The position numbers and the translations under genes are program-made. Shown here in pieces: positions 1 through 11,855 of a stretch of DNA of 64,000 nt. The notes under the pieces were generated by a model that saw only the letters and a program-made list of their open reading frames with translations, searched no databases and was not told the DNA's origin. The stretch lies in assembly GCF_963921235.1 (NCBI RefSeq), contig NC_086097.1, positions 250,482,001 through 250,546,000 on the forward strand. The letters are read 5' to 3'. The stretch is from Mobula hypostoma. Lineage: Eukaryota. How positions within the stretch are numbered: position 1 is the first letter of the stretch; each line of letters opens with the position of its first letter.

Positions 1-60
1 TCTTCCCCTCAACGCTGAGCAGTGAGATGACCCGAAACTCCTTGATGTCCTTGGAGTTTG
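1..60 (-). mobile_element. HERO/R2-group non-LTR retrotransposon RT fragment (runs off window edge)
   Basis: Reverse strand translates NSKDIKEFRVISLLSVEGK, resembling the 'FRxISLLxVEGK' RT motif of HERO-type elements. Confidence 0.55.
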
Positions 61-644
61 GAGCTTGAAACTTGGCACACGGAGGAGCTGTGTACGTGCA
101 CTGAGGTATGGTCCTAAAGTCTGCAATCTATAAATTTACACCTGTAAACTTGTAAATCTGGTGTATTAATTAATTACATTTATCTATCACACTGCAGTTA
201 ACTTAACAAATCCCAAGTTCAAGACTGAAATCACTGAGGATAAGAGTGGACGGTGAGTGTTCAGCGCCGTTTGCCTGCATTTGACCGGCCTCTCTCTCCC
301 TCTCACTCGATGCCTTCAGAGGATGGTACCACAGTCTTGGGTCTTGGGCAAGGTTTGATTGGCGTGGTTTGTGGATTGGACTGTGCAGTTCACATTATTA
401 TGTGTTTCTGGTTCCTCCTTTTATTATTCCTATTTTGAACAAGTTTTGATTGGAGCGAACTAGCTCTGCAGCCTGCGGTCAAAGAATGACAGCACTAGAT
501 TTTAAACTGACTGATCTAAACTGAACTGTCCTAGCCTGTTTCAAGGACTCTGCGGTTTGATGTTTAATATTCTATGTGTTATTCTCTTGTTTGTTGTTGT
601 TTGCACAATTTTTTTTTGTGCATTGGATGTTAGATGTTTTCTGT

Positions 645-1520
645 TGTAACATACCCCGTGGGTATCTTGTGACTGCCTTATGAGCACGATGTAATGGTCT
701 TGCGGAGGTCACATGATGTAATTTTCCTGCCAGTGTGAGGTCACATGATGACCTGTTCTCAACAGGTATAAAGGAGGCCCCTGGTGTGATGCAGTTAGTT
801 TCCAGTTTAGTTTTGTGTTAGTTCGTCAGTTACTCCATTATGCTGCGTATTTGTCATGATGCAGCTTCGTTTTAAAACAGAGTTTTCCTGTCTATTTTAA
901 GGTGCAAAGATTGGTGCTGGCAGTTTTGCCAATTGCTGCCAGGTTTGTGTCTTGCATCTATAATTTCCCCCTTTTCAGTAGTATTGGAGAGTGAAGACTT
1001 TATTAAAGGACAGAAACCTGAAGGATTGGAATAAAGTTGGAGTTGTTCGGTGGCTTTACAAAGGATCGACCTTAATGAGGATTCGTTCATAATATAGTGG
1101 CCTGTGTCTGAGATAACTCCTGCAAGAGCAGGGAAGTTGTGCAGTGTTCACTCGCCAGGAAAAGGTCAGTTCCTTAAAGCCATTTTCTTTCCTTCGTTGT
1201 GAATCCTTTGGAGAATCAGCGGTAACGTCACGTCTTCGAAGAAATCTGTTTCCAGAGAAGTTTCTCCTTAATGACTGTGTAAATCACTTGGACTTTCGAA
1301 TTTACCATTTTAAGACTGGGTTTGAATTTACCACTTTAAGAACTGTTTTCGCATTTACCCTTTTAAGAACTGTTCCAGAGTTGCCATATAGCAGTCAACT
1401 TCCGTTTATGTTAGTCATTTGAATACTTTTCGCTGTTTGTTGAGCAGAGTTTAATAAATATTTGTTTGTTTTTATGAAACCTGCCTCAATTGATAATTCA
1501 TTGTTGCCGATCACCCGACA
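645..1520 (+). mobile_element. Solo LTR (876 bp), 4-bp TSD CTGT
   Basis: TG...CA termini; CTGT at 641-644 and 1521-1524; TATAAA near 767, AATAAA near 1454; flanks rejoin into one host repeat. Confidence 0.85.
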
Positions 1521-1744
1521 CTGTGAATGGATTCCAAGGTGTTTCTTTGTTTTGTGGCTGTCTGTGGGAAGACAAATCTCAGGGCTTTATACTGCACATG
1601 CACTTTGGTAACGAATGTACCTTGAACTTTGAAGATGGTTAATCAACCATGATGGTATGGCGGAGCAGACTCGATAGACCGAATGCCTAATTTTGCTCCA
1701 GTCTTTTATGCTCTTAATACAGATGAAGCCAAGTAAGGGAAGGC

Positions 1745-2055
1745 AGTGGCACTGTAGCGATTAGTGTAACACTACTGCTGTGCCAGCTGTAAGATCGTGG
1801 TTCGATACCCGCCACTGTCTGTAAGGAGTTTGTACATTTTCCTCATGGCTGTGTGGGTTTCCTCTGGATGTTTCGGTTCCCTCCCACACTCCAAGGATGT
1901 ACGGGTCAGAGTTAGAGATTTCTGGTATGCTATTTTGGCGTTGGAAGTGTGGTGACACCTGTGGGCTGCCCAGCACAATCCTCACTGATTTGATTTGACA
2001 CAAAGCATACATTTCACTGTATATTTTGATGCACCTGTGACAAATAAATCTAATT
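1745..2055 (+). mobile_element. tRNA-derived V-SINE (HE1-like)
   Basis: Box B-like GGTTCGATACCC, V-domain core GTGGGTTTCCTCTGGATGTTTCGGTTCCCTCCCACA, AATAAA tail. Confidence 0.75.
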
Positions 2056-2084
2056 GTATCTTATGGTTCCTAAAGGTGCTTATT

Positions 2085-2635
2085 GCTGAGGGTGGCAGTC
2101 AGGACTACCTATTAAGTGCTCTCAAAGGTATGCATCTCAGATAGCCTCTGACAACCAAGTCCAGCTCCTGGCCTCCACGTGTGGCTTAGCTACTAAACCC
2201 GGTGGAACCATTTCTGTGGACAGGCCAAGGGGCAAAGGCGGGTCACTGGCGCCTTAGAACCAGTTTCTTCAGGCAGATGGGGCTCGTCAGCCGTGGTTGG
2301 CAGCTCGACTAGGAGAAGAAAAACACTGATCTCAAACCTCTGCTGCCTTGTGGCTATACTCACTCATGGGGAAAGCTTCGGGAGAAAACACTGAGGGAAA
2401 AATCCGCAGCTGGAGACCCTAAGCTGGAGACCTACGTTGAGTTCAACACTGACCGGCAACTCCTGTGATGCTGGTGGTGTAGGTCTCTGCTATTTCTTTG
2501 GCTTCATCAGCTGCTTGGAGAGGGGGAGCCTGCTGCATAGACAACAGCTTGCTCTCCATATCGTACTGCCCTGACTTGTGTATCTATATAGCTAGGACGC
2601 AACATCCATAGTCAGCTGACCAACGGAGACCCTCA
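2085..2635 (+). mobile_element. RTE-derived non-autonomous element; second copy at about 8985-9310
   Basis: 2271-2292 matches the RTE 5' UTR (25411-25432, minus) at 20/22 nt; related copy at about 9 kb shares CAAATAGCCTCT with the RTE 5' end. Confidence 0.55.
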
Positions 2636-2779
2636 CCTCACATCTTATAAAATCTCCTAATCTCTCATTTTGCGTTGTCACGGTCCTTGCTCTTTGTTTG
2701 TCTCCCTGCGCTGTGCCTTTTGGCACCCTCCACACTACGTTCTACATTCTGTTTTTTTTCCCGCCTTTGTACTTCTGTA

Positions 2780-3448
2780 TCACTATCTGGTGTGGAGGGG
2801 CCACAGCACAGGATCAGAAAAAGCTGCAGAAAGTTGTAAACTCAGCCAGCTCCATCACGAAACCAGCCTCCCCAGCACTGAGGACATCTTCAGAAGGTGA
2901 TGCGTCAGAAAGGCAGTGTCCTTCATTAAGGACCCCCAGTACCCCAGGACCTGCCCTCCTCTCATTGCTACCATCAGGGAAGAGATATGGGATCCTGAAG
3001 ACACACACTCAACATTTCAAGAACGACTTCCTACTCTGTGTCATCAGATTTCTGAATGGGCAACGAATCCATGAAAACTACGTCACTATTTTCCCTCTTT
3101 TTGCAATACTTATTTAATTTAATTTTTAAAAAATGTACTTATTGTAATTTATAGTTTTTTTATTCCAATGGTGATAAGACTGCTGAACGGATCCTGACCC
3201 AGATCTAGGCCGTACCCTCCAAATATCTGGACCTGCCTCTCGGATTTTTTGCACTACCTTACTTCCCATTTTTCTATTTTCTATTTATGAGGTATAATTT
3301 AAATTTTTAATATTTACTAATTTTAACTATTTTTAATATCTTTAATATTTAATATTTGTAATCCAGGGAGTGTGAAGTGCAGAATCAAATATCGCTGTGA
3401 TGATTGTACATTCTAGTACCAATTGTTTGGCGACAATAAAGTATAAAT
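2780..3448 (+). mobile_element. Rex1/Babar-type LINE 3' fragments (second family end nested at about 3170-3448)
   Basis: Peptide LLPSGKRYGILKTHTQHFKNDF..IRFLN typical of the Rex1 RT C-terminus; 3170-3448 is nearly identical to 57838-58083. Confidence 0.65.
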
Positions 3449-4166
3449 TATGTACAGCTGCCGCAAAACAACATATTTCACGATGTATGCCAGTGATATT
3501 AAACCTGATTCTGATCTGTCTGGATGGCATACTTTCACCATATTTTTGTTCCTGTGAAAAAATTAATTCAAAGTTCTAATTGAATGTATTATCAAAGTAT
3601 ATATATTTTGCCATAATAACGTTGAAATTAATTTTCACAGAGGCATTTACAAGAAAAACAAGGTACAATGGAATTTTACAAATAAACTATACATAAACAA
3701 AGTCTGACAAACAGCCAGTGTGCAAAGGGAGGCAGACTGTGCAAGTGAATAAATAATACTGAGAACGTCAGTTGTAGGGTTCTTGAAAGTGAGTCTGTAG
3801 GTTGTGGAATCAGTCCTGAAGTTATTCACACTGGTTCAGGAGCCTGATGGTTGAGGAGTTCCTGACCCTGGTGATGTGGAACCTCAGGCAAATTTATTAT
3901 CAAAGTACATATATATATCACCACATACAACCCTGAGATGTGTTTTCTTGCGGGCATTCACAGTAAGTACAAGGAACACAGTAGAATCAATGAAAGGCTG
4001 CACCCAATAGGACAGATGAAAAACCAAAGTGCAAAAGACAACAAACTGTGCAAATGGAAAAGGAAAGGAAGGAAGGAATAAATAAATAAAATGAATATCG
4101 AGATCATGAGACGAAGAGTCCTTGAAAATAAGTTATGGGAACCGTTCATTGTTGGGGTGAGTGAGT

Positions 4167-5190
4167 TGTTGTATATTTAATATTACAGCAGTATTTGAGT
4201 AATATTGTAAATATATTATTTGATTAAGCATTCATGTTCATTTAAATAATTCATTAATAATTCAAATAAATCATTCAATAACCAATTTCCCCCAGGATCA
4301 ATAAAGTATGACTATGACTATTATGGGTTATATGTATCATGCGTCACCACATCACACTTGTGCATCTCACTTATAGTAAAAACGAAACTAAGAAAAGCAT
4401 TTCTGGCTGCGTGTTCCTGTGTTTCAACGGTTTCTGTGTTTTGAAGTCACAAAACGTAACAGTGGTGATGGGGAGGTTTGAAACAAAAGGTGTGTAAAAT
4501 GTTTTAACCAGTACTTATTTGGGAGAATTTACCTTCATTACTGATCATCAACCACTGGTGTCCATTTTCAATCCACAGACAGCAGAGATATCAGCTCTTT
4601 TTCTTGGAGGACACAATTACAAGATTGGATTCCAGAGGACAAATAGTCATGCTCTTGTGGGTGGGGTTGCCTTGTGTGGGGATTAAGAGTTGCTGTACCA
4701 TCCTAGCTGACAGCTAAAGTGTTGGCGGAGCTACATGCCGGTCATCGAGGTGCGTTCAAAATGGAAGCATTGGTTCAAAGCTTTGTCTGATGGCCTGGGA
4801 TCGATCAGCAGATCGAACAGCTTGCCATGGACTGTGCAGGATGCCAACGGGTCTAGAAGAAGGGTGCCCAGATCTGTCAGACCCAGAATCAACTCCTACA
4901 GCCACCACAGAGGAGGCTGCAGAACCTGAGACTGTTTCACAACCTTGTCTCACCTGCAGGCAGAGTGATTCCCTCCTGTCAGGAAAGATCTTATCTCACA
5001 AGGGTAAGAAAGTCTCCACGGCAATTAAATCTTCAGGCATGAATGGGACAATTAAAAATTTACTATACTCTGGATGTGGTATACCATCTAGTACAACTAT
5101 TATATATACGTCCAGACCAGAGTAAATATTTAATTTACTCTAACCATATATTGAATGTATCTCAACATATATAGAGTTACAAAATACATG
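4167..5190 (+). mobile_element. Internally deleted Ty3/Gypsy LTR retrotransposon
   Basis: LTR 4167-4461 ending AAAACGTAACA, then PBS-like GTGGTGATGGGG; RNase H remnant (QYLFGR, LITDHQPLVSIFNP) at about 4500-4640; pol tail 4860-5050 homologous to 16480-16700. Confidence 0.7.
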
Positions 5191-5479
5191 TGGACTAAGA
5201 TGTTAACTGTCCTGTGCTATCACCAGTGGGATCATCAGTTGATCTGCCACCTGTCTTCAGGAGTTTCGGCCCGCTTATGATCAAGACTCCCTCGAGGTGG
5301 TGGGCCAGCAGTGCTAAAGCACCACCTCCCACTGGCGAGCTTAAAAACTTGGCATCTGCCTCTATCAGTCACTTCCATCCAACAGATAGTCTGCTCTTCA
5401 GGGGTCTATGCAACTACTGACGGGTTTGCAAGATATGTATACACTGTCTGACTATCTATATATATGCTTATATATATAT

Positions 5480-6045
5480 TTCTCTCCCCCTCCTTATGGG
5501 TGGTGTGTGTGTGTGTGTATTTTTCCCTCAATCTTGGGTCCTCTACCAGAGGCCTGGGAGCTCGAGGGTTCAGCACAGTATCCTTGCTGTTCCTAGTCGT
5601 GCACTCTTCTCTACCGAGATCTCGGATGTTGTTCCCGGGATTTGTTGGAGCCACTCTCCCAGTCCAAGTGTCACAGCTCCAAGTGCTCCTATCACCACCA
5701 GGATTACTCTGGCTTTAACCTTCCACATCCTCTCTATCTGCTCTCTCAAGCCCCAGGATTTCTCCAGCTTCTCACGTTCTCTCTTCCTGATGTTCCTGTC
5801 GTTCGGGATTGCCACATCTATTACTGTTGCTTTCCTCTGTTCCTGGTCCAGTGTTACTACGTCTGGTTGGTTGGCCAGTACCTGCTTATCAGTCGGTATT
5901 TGGAAGTCCCACAGGATCTCAGCTCAGTCGTTCTCCATGACCTTCCCATGTGTTTTCCCATTCGGACTTGGGAGTGTCCAATCCAGACTCCGTGCAGATG
6001 TTCCTGCACACAATTCCTGCAACTGGGGTGTGCGGTTCAGTGTAT
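5480..6045 (-). mobile_element. R4/Dong (Rex6-like) non-LTR retrotransposon 3' end with restriction-like endonuclease
   Basis: ILWDFQIPTDKQVLANQPDVV..VIDVAIPND..EKLEK..VVIGALGAVT..LGTARIL; 3' end abuts a (TA)n tract. Confidence 0.8.
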
Positions 6046-6911
6046 GGTTCAAAAGGTTCAAAGGTTCATTTATTATCAAAGCATACAGTTTTTAAATTAT
6101 TCTTCTCTGGGTAGCCATGAAACCAAGAAAGAAAAGGAAGGCAGCACAATCATCAATCCCCAATTCACACCTCCCCACACAAAAAAAAACCAAAAACGGA
6201 ACAGGCACATCAACCCCTAAATCCCTCCTCCCACAAAAAAACTGAACTGCCGTCATAGAGAGCATCCTCACATCCTCACATCAGCCATCGCTGTCTGTTT
6301 TGGTGTAGCATCTTCTCACAGTGTGCCCAATCCTTTTTGTTAGTTTTGTGTGTAGGGGGAGGGATATTGGGGGGGGGGGAGGTGATTTGCCTGATCTATT
6401 TTGTTCCGCGGGAGGGGTGTAGGACAGGTGGCAGAGAAGGACTGCTGGGAGCGGGGTGGTGTGGGTGCAGACACACCCAGCCCTGAGACACCAGGCAAGG
6501 TCATTTGATTCCAAACAATTGGTTTATTGATCATTACAGAATGTCTCTTGGGTGCTTCCCGCTCCCTCCCCTCTCCCCTCCCCTTTTCCCAACCAAGATT
6601 CCCTTCTCACTGCCCCCTTCCCACTCTCAGTCCACAATAGAGACCCATATCAGAATCAGGTTTATCATCACTCACATATGTCATGAAATTTGTTGTTTTT
6701 TTGAGACAGCAGTACAGTACGATACATAAAATTACTACAGAATTCTGCAGAAGTCTTAGGCACCCTGTCGATATAAAGTTGAATTGAATTGACTTTATTT
6801 CTTACATCCTTCACATACATTTATGTTACGTCTTCATCTAAATGTGCAATTACAGTAATTTATAATAATTTATAATAAGTAGAACAGTCAATGTAACATA
6901 GAATACACTCA

Positions 6912-7080
6912 GACAAGAGGAATTCTGCAGATGCTGGAAATTCAAGCAACACACATCAAAGTTGCTGGTGAACGCAGCAGGCCAGGCAGCATCTCTCGGA
7001 AGAGGTACAGTCGACGTTTCAGGCCAAGACCCTCAGTCCTGATGAAGGGTCTCAGCCTGAAACGTCGACTGTACCTCTGG
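6912..7080. mobile_element. Short Penelope-like element insertion with inverted pLTR arrangement and 14-bp TSD
   Basis: ATAGAATACACTCA at 6898-6911 and 7081-7094; 32-bp inverted arms 7001-7032 / 7047-7078. Confidence 0.8.
7034..7071 (+). ncRNA. Minimal type I hammerhead ribozyme (PLE type)
   Basis: CAGTC-CTGATGA-AGGGTCTCAGCCT-GAAAC-GTC-GACTG: stem I CAGTC/GACTG, intact core, palindromic ACGT stem III. Confidence 0.75.
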
Positions 7081-7094
7081 ATAGAATACACTCA

Positions 7095-7470
7095 AGTCAG
7101 CGTGAGTTAATCAGTCTGATGGCCTGGTGGAAGAAGCTGTCCCGGAGACTGTTGGTCCTGGCTTTTATGCTGCGGTACCGTTTCCCGGATGGTAGCAGCT
7201 GGAATAGATTGTGGTTGGGGTGACTCGGGTCCCCAATGATCCTACAGGCCCTTTTTACACACCTGTCCTTGTAAATGTCCTGAATCATGGGAAGTTCACA
7301 GGAGGGAGAGAGGTACAGTTCCCACACCAGGCAGTGATGTAGCCAGTCAGGATGCTCTCAATTGTGCCCACGTAGAAAGTTCTTAGGATTTGGGGGGCCC
7401 ATACCAGACTTCCTCAACCGTCTGAGGTGAAGGAGGCGCTGTTGTGCCTTTTTCACCACACGGCTGGTGG
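7095..7470 (-). mobile_element. Rex1/Babar LINE 3' fragment
   Basis: DPSHPNHNLFQLLPSGKRYRSIKARTNSLRDSFFHQAIRLIN. Confidence 0.75.
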
Positions 7471-8307
7471 GTACCTAAGACTTTTTAACACAGCACTGTA
7501 ACGGAGGGAAGCCTGTGTGTTACATGAGTGGATGAAGCCAGCAGAGGTTGACTAAGTTTTTTTTTAGGTTTATTGAGATGGATGTGGGGACACCAAGGGG
7601 AGTTAGGGGGGCAGGTTAAGGTTTAAACACAGGTATGTGGGGGAAGTCTCAGTCTCCGTTCCGTGTTTGTAAAGCAGTGACCTAGACATGATCAGATGTC
7701 AGTCTGGTTAGGGCAGCAAAATCCAGTGGTGACCCCCCCCCACCCCCCCCAGGTCAGTGAGCCATCAGCAGGTTCCATGCGGGCTGGAGGCGTGAGGGCT
7801 GGGGACCCCTTAGTTACACGAATTGGCAAGACTGGAGTTTGAGGCCCAGTGTTTGAGTCCTTCCTTCGTCATCATCAGTGAATTCTGGGCTGATACTGAA
7901 GGTCATAGCCCGCAGGTCAATCGAAGTCAAGAAACTCCACAGCAGGGTAGCAGTTAGTGCAAAGCTATTATACATGACCACATCACGACTTGATGATTGG
8001 AGCCCCCGGTTTGCAGGGCTCTGTGAGTCTGCTGGGGTTGTCAAGGGACCAGTGTCTGCGAATCCTTGAGTGCACTGAAGGCTGGAGGCCAAAGATGCCT
8101 GTCCTGGGGTTAAAAGCGTGTGTGGGTAGAGAAACTGGGCATGTTGTTTTGTCACCTGGAATATCCAGTTTCATATTGTTCTGCTCAGCATCCTGGGCAT
8201 TCAATGACGGTGTCTGAATGTGTGGTGACTCTTGCGGGCTGCCCCCAGCACATCCTTCAGTGTGTTGGTTGTTAACATGAATGACACATTTCACTGTAAG
8301 TTTCTAA

Positions 8308-8645
8308 CAATGATCCCTCTAACAGATTTTGCAGCTGCTAGACCAACCATTGCTCTGAGCAGGAAATTTTCACATGGCCACAAAACAGCGCGGCTCTTTG
8401 AATGTTTCTTTTGTAATATGTATACTTTGAATATTTGGAATTAAAATTGAAAAATCACATACTTTCAAGTTTATTTATTAACTGAAGGGTATAATGAAGT
8501 ACAGTAAAACAAAGAAAATCTTTCGCACTTTGTAAACTGTTTCTCATCTGTCTTTATCCCAGCTGCATAGCAACAACGGCTATGTGCACGGGAGCATTAC
8601 AGTTATTGTGCGGCCGCGTACCCACTCGGCTTAGAAGGAACAGTG
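8308..8645. mobile_element. hAT-like MITE
   Basis: Imperfect 15-bp TIRs CAATGATCCCTCTAA / TTAGAAGGAACAGTG, non-coding interior; 8-bp TSD not recognisable. Confidence 0.5.
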
Positions 8646-10924
8646 ATTATGATGTACATGTGATAGATAGATCTGAATCTGAATTCTGAGCACCTGAAGT
8701 CTTCTGCGTTTTCTTTCATAAGATTGAAGATGCAAGATTGCTTAATGTCATTTCCAGTACACAAGTGTGAAGGAAAACAAAATAATTGTTACTCCAGATC
8801 CGATGCAGCACAAAAATCAACACAATAAGATAAAGAACACAATAATACTAAAAAAGACAATATATGTAAACCAGCTTATATCCATAGATTGACTGTATGT
8901 CCATAAAGTGACATTAGGCACTAGGTATATAAGGTGACTGACTGGAAATGATAAAATACCAGTGTTTGGGGGTGTGGTTCCTTAAAGTTGTCATGACTGG
9001 TGGGTCGAGGAGTTAGTGGGGGTGAGCTCCCACTACCTATTAAGTGCTTCTAATTAGGTATGTCTCAAATAGCCTCTTACAACCGAGTTCAGCTCCTGGT
9101 CTTCATGTGAGGTTCATCACTGACTGGCGACTCCTGTGATGCCACTGGTACCAAACTGTATCCGCCGTTCCTGTGGATTCATCTGCTGCATGGAGAGGGG
9201 GAGGCTGTCATATGGGCAACAGTTTACTCTCCAAATTGTACTGTCCTGACTTGTGTATCTGGACAGCTAGGATACAACATCACTGGTTGACCCCAACCGG
9301 TAAAGGCTTCGAAAACAGTCCGAACTGCTTTTGAGTCTGGTGGTCCTGGACTGCTGGAGTACGTCCTATGTAGCCTCCGCCCTGATGGGAATGGGACAAA
9401 TAGTCCCCACTCCCACTGAGTTATGGAGACACTTTAGACCATTTATCAAATGCCTCAGGTCTGGCAGATCTGCAAGAGAACACTTGCCTTCTTCCGTAGG
9501 ATCTGTTGCCCGTTGCCATGCAGCTTCCCCAGATACAGGCTTTGATGGACCCAGTTCAAGGTATGGCTGCTGCTCCTCATCTCATCACTGCTGTCAACTC
9601 CTGAGTCACTAGAGGTCGCTGTTACATCAAGGCTGGGTCTGTTGTGAGTTCCCTCTCCACAGAAATTCACTGTTAAATCAGAGTCAACATAAATTTATTA
9701 TTAAAGTTTGTGCATATACTACCTTCCACAAGCTATGGTCCTACTTTCAAGGACTTTACAACTCATTTTCTCAATGTTATTTATTACTTATTTATTATTA
9801 TTACTATAAAAATTGGAAAATATTTTTTTCTCAGCTCAAGCTGGTAAACCTGAGGTACAGGCATAGACAAGCATACTCATTTCTCACTTTCTAGGAACTT
9901 CCAGACTATTTTAGTGGTGTTTAGTATTATGGATTTCTGAAGATTTACGTAGCATGCCCACCATATTGAGCAGAACAACACAAACAATAGTAACAAACAA
10001 AACAACAACAAACAAGCCTTTCCCCACCATGCAATCACACAGACAGGCCTCCCACACCAGGAGAGATGGCCTCCGGGCCTATGACCTCCAATCCTTGGCT
10101 CCAGACTCTCAAACTTGTAGATATTGGACTTATGACTTCAGCACATTCGTTTATTTATCTATGTATCTATCTATCTATCTATTTACTTATCTGTCTATCT
10201 ATTTATCTATCTATTTACTTATTTGTTTGTTTATTTGTTTAGAGACAATGTGGAATAAGCCCTTCTGTCCCTTCGAGCCAAACCATCCAGCAACACCTGA
10301 CAACCCCAATTTAACCCTAATCTAATCACAGGACAATTTACAATGACCAATTAACCTTCTCGGAACGTCTTTGGACTGTAACAGAATCAATGAAAGACGC
10401 CCAACCAGGGTGTTCAACTAGAGTGCAGAACACAACAAAAATACAAAAAGAAGATATAATAATAATAAGTAAACAATAAATATCAAGAACATGAGGAAGT
10501 GAGTCCATTGGTTGTGGGAACATCTCAGTGATGGGGCAAGTGAAATTGAGTGAAGTTATCCCCTCTGGTTCAAGAGCCTGATGGCTCCTGAACCAGATGG
10601 TGTGAGTTCTGAGGCTTCTGCACCTTCTTCCTAAAGGCAGCGGTGAGAAGAGAGCATGAGCTGGATGGTGGGGTTTCTGATGGTGGCCTGTATGCACCCA
10701 GAATAGAGTAGGCTGGAAAAATCATTGCAGATTTGACCCACCCAGCAAACTGCCTTTTTACTAAAAGCTCACTTCTGGAAAGCACTGTAGGACTCTCAAA
10801 ACAAAAACATCTTAAAAGTTTCTTTCCTCAGGCAACTAATCTGATCAACCATTCTAGTTAGCTTTCTCCACCCCCTCTATCACCTCAGTCACTGCATTGC
10901 TGTGTAAACACTTTATTTTATTTA

Positions 10925-11855
10925 GGGATACAGTGCGGAACAGGGGAACAGGCCCCACCTGTGCCGCCCAGAAACCCACGAATTTAACCCCAGCCTAATC
11001 ACAGGACAACTTACAATGACCAATTAACCTACTGTAACGCTCAGTTATATTGGCTCGTATATGTCTAGGGAAAATCCCACCCCGCACCTGCCTCAACGCT
11101 TCCCACGGAGTCGGTTGCCGCCCGAATCAATCTCAAACATCAATCATCAGCCAGCACACCCAGTACGGTTTACCAAGTACACTTTATAGATATTACTAAG
11201 TCTATGAAATTAAGATAAATTTGATACAGAAAAGGAAGTAACGAAATAAAAGGCACCAGACTTATCAAAGTCCAAGTGCTTTGTGCACAACCGTTGGAGC
11301 TCACTCAATTCCTGACGACCACCCGGATCCTGTTGACTCAAGGCTCGGGACACCCAGAGTGATCGACCGGAGCCTCTCGCACGTCCGCCGTCCTCCCCGT
11401 CTCTCCACCGACTCCCCGTCTCTCTGCCATCCTCCCCGTCTCTCCTCCGATTCCCTGCCAAAAAACCCTGTTCCCAGTCATATGAGACAGCATTATCACC
11501 CAAAAAAAATGATACATGACCACTCATTGGCTAATAGCACCCTGCTATCTGTACTAACCCAAGCAAATGTCTAGTTAGAGACCTTCTCAGCATTTAACAT
11601 AACAAAGAAGCATTCCCCAGTATAACATAACAAAGAAGCCATTTTAAATTTAACATACCAAAAAAAAGACCCCGTACACTACCAACCAGTAAGCCTTTGG
11701 ACTCTGGGAGGAAACCAGAGCACCCGGAGGAAAGGCACGTGGTCATGGGGAGAATGTATAAACCCCTTACAGGCAGCACAGGAATTGAACCCAGGTTGCC
11801 TGTACTGTAAAGCGTTGTGCTAACCACTATGCTACTGTACCACCCCCAACACACC
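10925..11855 (-). mobile_element. V-SINE interrupted by a solo LTR
   Basis: Reverse V-domain GGGAGGAAACCAGAGCACCCGGAGGAAA at about 11705 and tRNA head at about 11780-11850; tail half at 10925-11032. Confidence 0.75.
11033..11678. mobile_element. Solo LTR (646 bp), 4-bp TSD CTAC
   Basis: TG...CA termini; CTAC at 11029-11032 and 11679-11682; homologous blocks with 37373-38041. Confidence 0.85.

Noticed and set aside
1745..1830. tRNA gene
   Set aside because: Degenerate tRNA-derived SINE head followed by a V-domain; no cloverleaf
5496..6220. 199-aa and 192-aa plus-strand ORFs (and similar long ORFs at 34709-35401 and 61440-62069)
   Set aside because: Antisense shadows of LINE coding sequence
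7814..8155. 113-aa ORF in an unassigned region
   Set aside because: No recognisable domain or splice support; its start lies in a repeat tail
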